Positions 59,396-64,000 of a DNA stretch of 64,000 bases are shown here, one piece after another (position 1 is the first letter of the stretch; every line of letters starts with the position of its first letter). Below the pieces are notes generated by a model that saw only the letters and a list, made by a program, of their open reading frames with translations, searched no databases and was not told where the DNA came from. Source of the DNA: Gammaproteobacteria bacterium (GTDB taxonomy: Bacteria; Pseudomonadota; Gammaproteobacteria; Eutrophobiales; Eutrophobiaceae); contig OZ244905.1 of assembly GCA_965221695.1 (NCBI GenBank), positions 352,001 through 416,000 of the forward strand, given 5' to 3'. The position numbers and the translations under genes are program-made.

Positions 59396-61846
59396 TTATT
59401 GCCCGAAGGAGTAACTGAATGTTGCGCCATAAGTCCGGGGCATTCCATACACTCGCACAAACGGACCGTTGCCACCGTTGTATGCTGACGGATAATAGTC
59501 CTCATCGGTGAGATTGCGGGACCAGAGCATCGCCCGCCACCTGCCGTCAGCGGCGGCGACACCGATCCTGGCGCCGAGCAACGTGTAGTCTTCGGTATCT
59601 TCTTCCGGTCGCACCCCGCCGCTTATGTCATCGGTGAAGCTCACGTCCAGGCCTGCTTCCAGCATCATGTTCGCGGATATCGGCTGGACAAAATCCACTA
59701 CCGCGGTGTACTGCCATTCCGGAGACTGTTGCAGGGGCGCTCCGGAAACATCCATTCTTACCGTATTCGGCCAGTCACTGGCGTCGCGGTCCACCGCGTC
59801 CCATTTATTGACCTCGGTATCCAGCCACGCAGCGGCAAACTGCAGTCTCAGGCTGTCAATAGGCTGCCATTGTATATCGAGTTCAATACCGTGAATTTCC
59901 GATTCAGGCACATTGGTCAGTCCGGAAATATTGCCGACGAAGGTAACGGCAGCGTCCTGCTCCTGCTTGTCTTCATAGTTGTAGTAGAATACAGCGGTGT
60001 TAACCTGCATGCTGCCGTCCAGATATGTTGCCTTGCTGCCGACTTCGAATGAGGTCAGCACCTCCTCCTTATAAGGCGCAAGCTGCTGGGTGGTATTAGA
60101 GTTGGCGCCATTGAAACCACCCGACTTGAAACCCCGGGAGACCATGCCGTAAAGCAGAAAATCATCGCTGACAGAATAGTCGAGGCCGATCTTGCCCATC
60201 CACTTGTTGGTGTTTATGCTATCCTCGTAGGGCTGGAACGCGTTGTTGATGTTAGGCGTCATTAGCACTGCGAAAATGGAGTTCGGCGATGCCGGATCAT
60301 CGTTGATGGTGCCGCAGTCTCCTGCTACCAGGGAGGCGCCGAATGCGCCATTAAGGAAGGCGGCCAGGCTACCGTCATCAGCCACATAGGTGCAACCGAC
60401 CCAGTCCCGATCTTCCTCGGTATAGCGCACACCCAGGGTCAGGCGCAGGGCTGGTGTGAACTGCCACTCCACGTGGCCAAAGACTGCCGCGGACTCGGTT
60501 TCCTGGGTGTAGATGGTATCCAACTCCAGGATCGGTGTAGCCGCAAACAGTCCGACGCCCCAAGGGATGGAACCGAAGCCGTACTGGGAATCCGACATGA
60601 AATAGTGGTAATACTCGTCCATCTCATCTTTAGAATAATACAGGCCCGCGACCCAGTTCAGGTTGTCAGTCTCGCCCGTCAGTCGCAGCTCCTGGGAAAA
60701 AACCTCCAGGTCTGTGGTGTTGATATTGCTGGAATCGTTAAAGAACCCGCCGTCCCAGTCATTTGACTCAACCCGATCAAACTCATTGTAACCGGTGACC
60801 GAAGTCAGGGTCATCGCGCCCAGTTCCCAGTCAATACGCGCCATTACGCCAACGAGTTCGTTGTCGCGCCGCGGGCGCAGATTGAAGGTTTTGCCGGTAT
60901 GCGGACTGGTATAGCTGTTGGTCCAGTCGGCGATCCGGTTGTCGCCACTGGAATACCACGGTGGGGTTTCGCCAAAATTCGCGCCGCCCGGCTGCCGGTA
61001 CTCATCCAACGGCGTATAGGGGTTGGTAAACTCACCCAGCCCGTTTTCCCGGCCGTCATAAGATGTATTTGCCCGGTTTTCGGACTTGTCCCTGGTGTAG
61101 TGGGCAATTACGGACAGGCTGAACGTATCGGTTGGTTCAAAGTTCAGGGTGCCGCGCACAGCGATCGCATCCTGTTCACCCAGTTTGTCATCCCGGGTGG
61201 CACTTTTCTGCCAGCCTTCTTCCGATTGCATCGTCTTGAACGCCAGGCGTCCTTGTACCGTATCACTGCCGCCACTGATGAAACCCTCCACATCCCAGGA
61301 CTGGAAACGGCCGTAGCCGCCGGTGATGCCCGCCTCGAATTCCCGGGTGGGTTTTCTGCTGATAAAATTGATCTGCCCGGCAGTCGTATTGCGCCCGTAC
61401 AGGTCGCCCTGGGGCCCTTTCAGCACTTCCACCCGGTCGGTATCAAACACCAGGTTGCGCGTCATCACCGAGTACGGCATGGCCACTTCGTCGAAGTAGA
61501 TGCCGACGGTGGATGATGCCGCGGTGGAATAATCCTGGAAGCCTACGCCGCGGATGGTGTACAAGGGCACACCGGTCGCCGCGGTTTCATTCACCGTGAG
61601 TCCGGGCACGTACTGGGCCATGTTCTCTGCGCTGACTATCCTGAAATCCTGCAACTGCTCGCCGCTGAATGCGGAAATGCTGATGGGAACATCATTTAGG
61701 TTCTGGCTGCGCTTTTGCGCGGTAACGGTAATCTCCTCGATCTGGGCGGCCTGGGCAATACCCAGGCCGGCCAGGCAGAGGACGGTTACCCACAGCGCAG
61801 TCAGCCCGCGCCGGGATATTTGCCATTCGGTGATCGTAGTGTGCAT
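59396..61846 (-). CDS. TonB-dependent receptor
   Basis: Signal peptide AQA, IEEITVTAQKR, RVEVLKGPQGDLYGRN, PRTYG..FSYSF. Confidence 0.95.
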   Translation of the reverse strand: MHTTITEWQISRRGLTALWVTVLCLAGLGIAQAAQIEEITVTAQKRSQNLNDVPISISAFSGEQLQDFRIVSAENMAQYVPGLTVNETAATGVPLYTIRGVGFQDYSTAASSTVGIYFDEVAMPYSVMTRNLVFDTDRVEVLKGPQGDLYGRNTTAGQINFISRKPTREFEAGITGGYGRFQSWDVEGFISGGSDTVQGRLAFKTMQSEEGWQKSATRDDKLGEQDAIAVRGTLNFEPTDTFSLSVIAHYTRDKSENRANTSYDGRENGLGEFTNPYTPLDEYRQPGGANFGETPPWYSSGDNRIADWTNSYTSPHTGKTFNLRPRRDNELVGVMARIDWELGAMTLTSVTGYNEFDRVESNDWDGGFFNDSSNINTTDLEVFSQELRLTGETDNLNWVAGLYYSKDEMDEYYHYFMSDSQYGFGSIPWGVGLFAATPILELDTIYTQETESAAVFGHVEWQFTPALRLTLGVRYTEEDRDWVGCTYVADDGSLAAFLNGAFGASLVAGDCGTINDDPASPNSIFAVLMTPNINNAFQPYEDSINTNKWMGKIGLDYSVSDDFLLYGMVSRGFKSGGFNGANSNTTQQLAPYKEEVLTSFEVGSKATYLDGSMQVNTAVFYYNYEDKQEQDAAVTFVGNISGLTNVPESEIHGIELDIQWQPIDSLRLQFAAAWLDTEVNKWDAVDRDASDWPNTVRMDVSGAPLQQSPEWQYTAVVDFVQPISANMMLEAGLDVSFTDDISGGVRPEEDTEDYTLLGARIGVAAADGRWRAMLWSRNLTDEDYYPSAYNGGNGPFVRVYGMPRTYGATFSYSFGQ

Positions 61847-61932
61847 TATGGACTCCCCATTCTATTGATATCGCGTTGCGGATTATGATACAAAAAAATT
61901 GAAGTATGTCAACTTTTGTGTATCATTTAACA

Positions 61933-63456
61933 ATGTATCCGCAATTGACAAGACGGGGATTCAACCGGTTGATGCTCGGCACACTGGCCGCCGGCGCTTC
62001 GCAAAAACTTACGGCAGAACAATCCATGGATATTTCCCTTCTCTACGGCAACTCCGATGCCACCGCGCTTGCGGGCCTGGTGCGGAAGGGGGAAGTCACT
62101 GCAATGGAGTTGCTGGAAGAAGCAATCCGGCGTACCGAACTTGTCAACCCGGACATCAATGCGGTCACGCTCAAGCATTATGAACTGGCGCGGGATTACC
62201 TGAAACGACACAACCCGCCTGGCGGCCCGTTCGCAGGTGTTCCTTTCCTGCTCAAGGACCTGGGCGTACAGCTTGCCGGCACTACAACAACCGGTGGTTC
62301 CCGCATTCTCCAGGGCCTGGTAGCTGACCGGGACTCGGCGCTGGTACAACGCTATAAAGAAGCCGGCCTGGTGATATTCGGTAAAACGAATACGCCGGAA
62401 TTCGGCATGGCGCTCACAACCGAACCCGACCTGTTTGGTCCCTGCCGTAATCCATGGAACCTTGAGCACAGCGTCGCCGGTTCCAGCGGCGGGTCTGCCG
62501 CGGCTGTTGCGGCCGGCATCGTTCCCATCGCGCACGCTACCGACGGCGGTGGTTCCATCAGGGTGCCCGCCTCTGCCTGTGGCGTATTCGGCTTCAAACC
62601 TACCCGCGCGTTGACCGGCGGCGGCGACAGTCCGGCTGGCTTCAGCGTCGCCCATGTGGTCACCCGTTCCGTCAGGGACAGCGCGGCGATGCTGGACGCG
62701 AGCGCCGGGTCTGTTGCGGGCGCTTACTATGGCGCGCCGGGCGCGGCAACACCCGGTGGCTATCTTGGCGCGAGCAGAAAACCACCAGCTCGGCTTCGGG
62801 TCGCATTGAACCTCACAGAGCCTGATGTTGCCGTCGCTCCCGAAGTGGAACAAGCAGTGCGTCGTTGCGCGGCAACTCTTGAAACGCTGGGGCACAGTGT
62901 GGAAGAAGTGGCGCCCGGCATTGATTATGCTCAACTCAATGCCGCCCAGGAAGTTTTGATGATGGCGGAGTTTGCGCAGGGGATGCGCGGTCTTGAACAA
63001 AGCACGGGGCGGGCCGCGGATGCCCACCTCGAACCCCTGTCAGCGCATTTCATGGAGACAGGCAACGCGTATACGTCCCAGCAATACCTGGATTCATGGC
63101 AAACCTCAGCCGCAGCCGCACAGCAAGTTGCTAAGTTTCATCAAACCTGGGACATCATGTTGCAGCCCGTAACCGCCACACCCCCGCCCCGGCTGAACGT
63201 GATCGATGCCAGGGCAGACGATGATTACCGCAGTTTCGTCGACCGCTTCCGCAAATATTCTGCCTATACCCACCTGCAAAACATGACCGGCCAGCCCTCT
63301 GCCTCGATACCCATGGGCCTGACAACAAACGGCTTGCCTCTGGCGGCTATGGTCAGCAGTGGCGCGGGCACGGATGCCATGTTGATGTCACTGTGCGCGC
63401 AACTGGAAGCCGCGTTGGAATTTTCACGTATGCGGCCTCCCGTATTCAGGGCCTGA
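61933..63456 (+). CDS. Amidase-signature family enzyme with a Tat signal
   Basis: LTRRGF twin-arginine motif; LLKDL, GSSGGS, TDGGGSIR (Ser-cisSer-Lys triad). Confidence 0.92.
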   Translation: MYPQLTRRGFNRLMLGTLAAGASQKLTAEQSMDISLLYGNSDATALAGLVRKGEVTAMELLEEAIRRTELVNPDINAVTLKHYELARDYLKRHNPPGGPFAGVPFLLKDLGVQLAGTTTTGGSRILQGLVADRDSALVQRYKEAGLVIFGKTNTPEFGMALTTEPDLFGPCRNPWNLEHSVAGSSGGSAAAVAAGIVPIAHATDGGGSIRVPASACGVFGFKPTRALTGGGDSPAGFSVAHVVTRSVRDSAAMLDASAGSVAGAYYGAPGAATPGGYLGASRKPPARLRVALNLTEPDVAVAPEVEQAVRRCAATLETLGHSVEEVAPGIDYAQLNAAQEVLMMAEFAQGMRGLEQSTGRAADAHLEPLSAHFMETGNAYTSQQYLDSWQTSAAAAQQVAKFHQTWDIMLQPVTATPPPRLNVIDARADDDYRSFVDRFRKYSAYTHLQNMTGQPSASIPMGLTTNGLPLAAMVSSGAGTDAMLMSLCAQLEAALEFSRMRPPVFRA

Positions 63457-63578
63457 CAGGAAGGATAGACTGATGAACAAGATATCATTACTGTCTTTAA
63501 GCCTGGATATTGTGCCAGTGAATGCGATGATCACGCAGTTTGCAACAACATAAAAGGCTGAATTGGCCACATAAGTCT

Positions 63579-64000
63579 ATGAATATGAAAATATTATCGC
63601 CATGTACTAAGCGAACAGGCGCAATATTCGGTTTGTTGTTACTGTGCGCAGGCTGCTCCACTCCCCCGGATATGGCCGACCTGGTATTGAACAATGGCCG
63701 AATTTATACGGGTGACGATGCCACTCCCTGGGCTGAGGCAGTGGCGATCAAAGACGGGCATATCATCAGGATTGGCAGCGATGAAAATGTGCTCGCCGCC
63801 AGCGGTGAAAACACCCGAATCATTGACCTGGAGCAACGCATGGCAATGCCCGGCATCAATGACGCCCACAACCATGCGCTGCGCGGCGTTGCCAGCGACC
63901 TGTTCGAATGCAGGTTTCCGTTTACCGCCACGCCGGCGGAAGTAGCCATCAGAATCGAGTCCTGTGTCGGTGAAAATCCACCGGGTGAATGGATAACGGG
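63579..64000 (+). CDS. Amidohydrolase_3 (YtcJ-like) probable lipoprotein, 3'-truncated by window edge
   Basis: Manual translation: LLLLCAG-C lipobox-like, ADLVLNNGRIYT, AEAVAIKDG, MPGINDAHNH; absent from the ORF track. Confidence 0.85.
   Translation, partial: MNMKILSPCTKRTGAIFGLLLLCAGCSTPPDMADLVLNNGRIYTGDDATPWAEAVAIKDGHIIRIGSDENVLAASGENTRIIDLEQRMAMPGINDAHNHALRGVASDLFECRFPFTATPAEVAIRIESCVGENPPGEWIT

Noticed and set aside
61927-63027. 366-aa minus-strand ORF, and similar long antisense ORFs such as 37255-38070 and 57488-58252
   Set aside because: Shadow frames of well-supported genes, with no recognisable motifs
63473-63553. 26-codon ORF with an AGGAAGGA RBS between the amidase and amidohydrolase genes
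   Set aside because: Too short and featureless to support; could be a relic of a deleted gene

Overview
Chromosomal segment of a gammaproteobacterium that spans the replication terminus. Bases 1-30.5 kb are core genes: smc, ligA, nadB, rpoE-rseA-degP, lepAB-rnc-era-recO-pdxJ, rluC/rne/S49/maf, and rpmF-plsX-fabHDG-acpP-fabF-pabC-mltG-tmk-holB-tatD. Several usual passengers are missing from these operons (zipA, rseBC, acpS, pilZ), yceD is reduced to a probable 27-codon relic, and the rne-rluC block appears inverted. Bases 30.6-64 kb are an accessory catabolic region with four PLP enzymes, a MetE-like protein, a GlpD-like/Rieske/TRAP/LysR operon, three TonB-dependent receptors, two MFS transporters, exported amidases/amidohydrolases, and one intact plus one decayed vapBC module. 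A near-canonical XerCD dif site lies at 50235-50262, where KOPS motifs and gene orientation appear to switch polarity. The most striking unexplained structure is a repeat family with about 10 copies. It includes two long hairpin-concatemer MITEs with IS5-like ends and CTAA/TTAA target duplications, plus minimal 27-30 bp palindromes (GGAACCTCTGA-CTTAA-TCAGAGGTTCC). These sit at gene boundaries, bracket single genes in cassette-like fashion and may supply a ribosome-binding site. I saw no tRNA, rRNA, CRISPR array or transposase. All calls come from reading motifs by eye; no database search was run.
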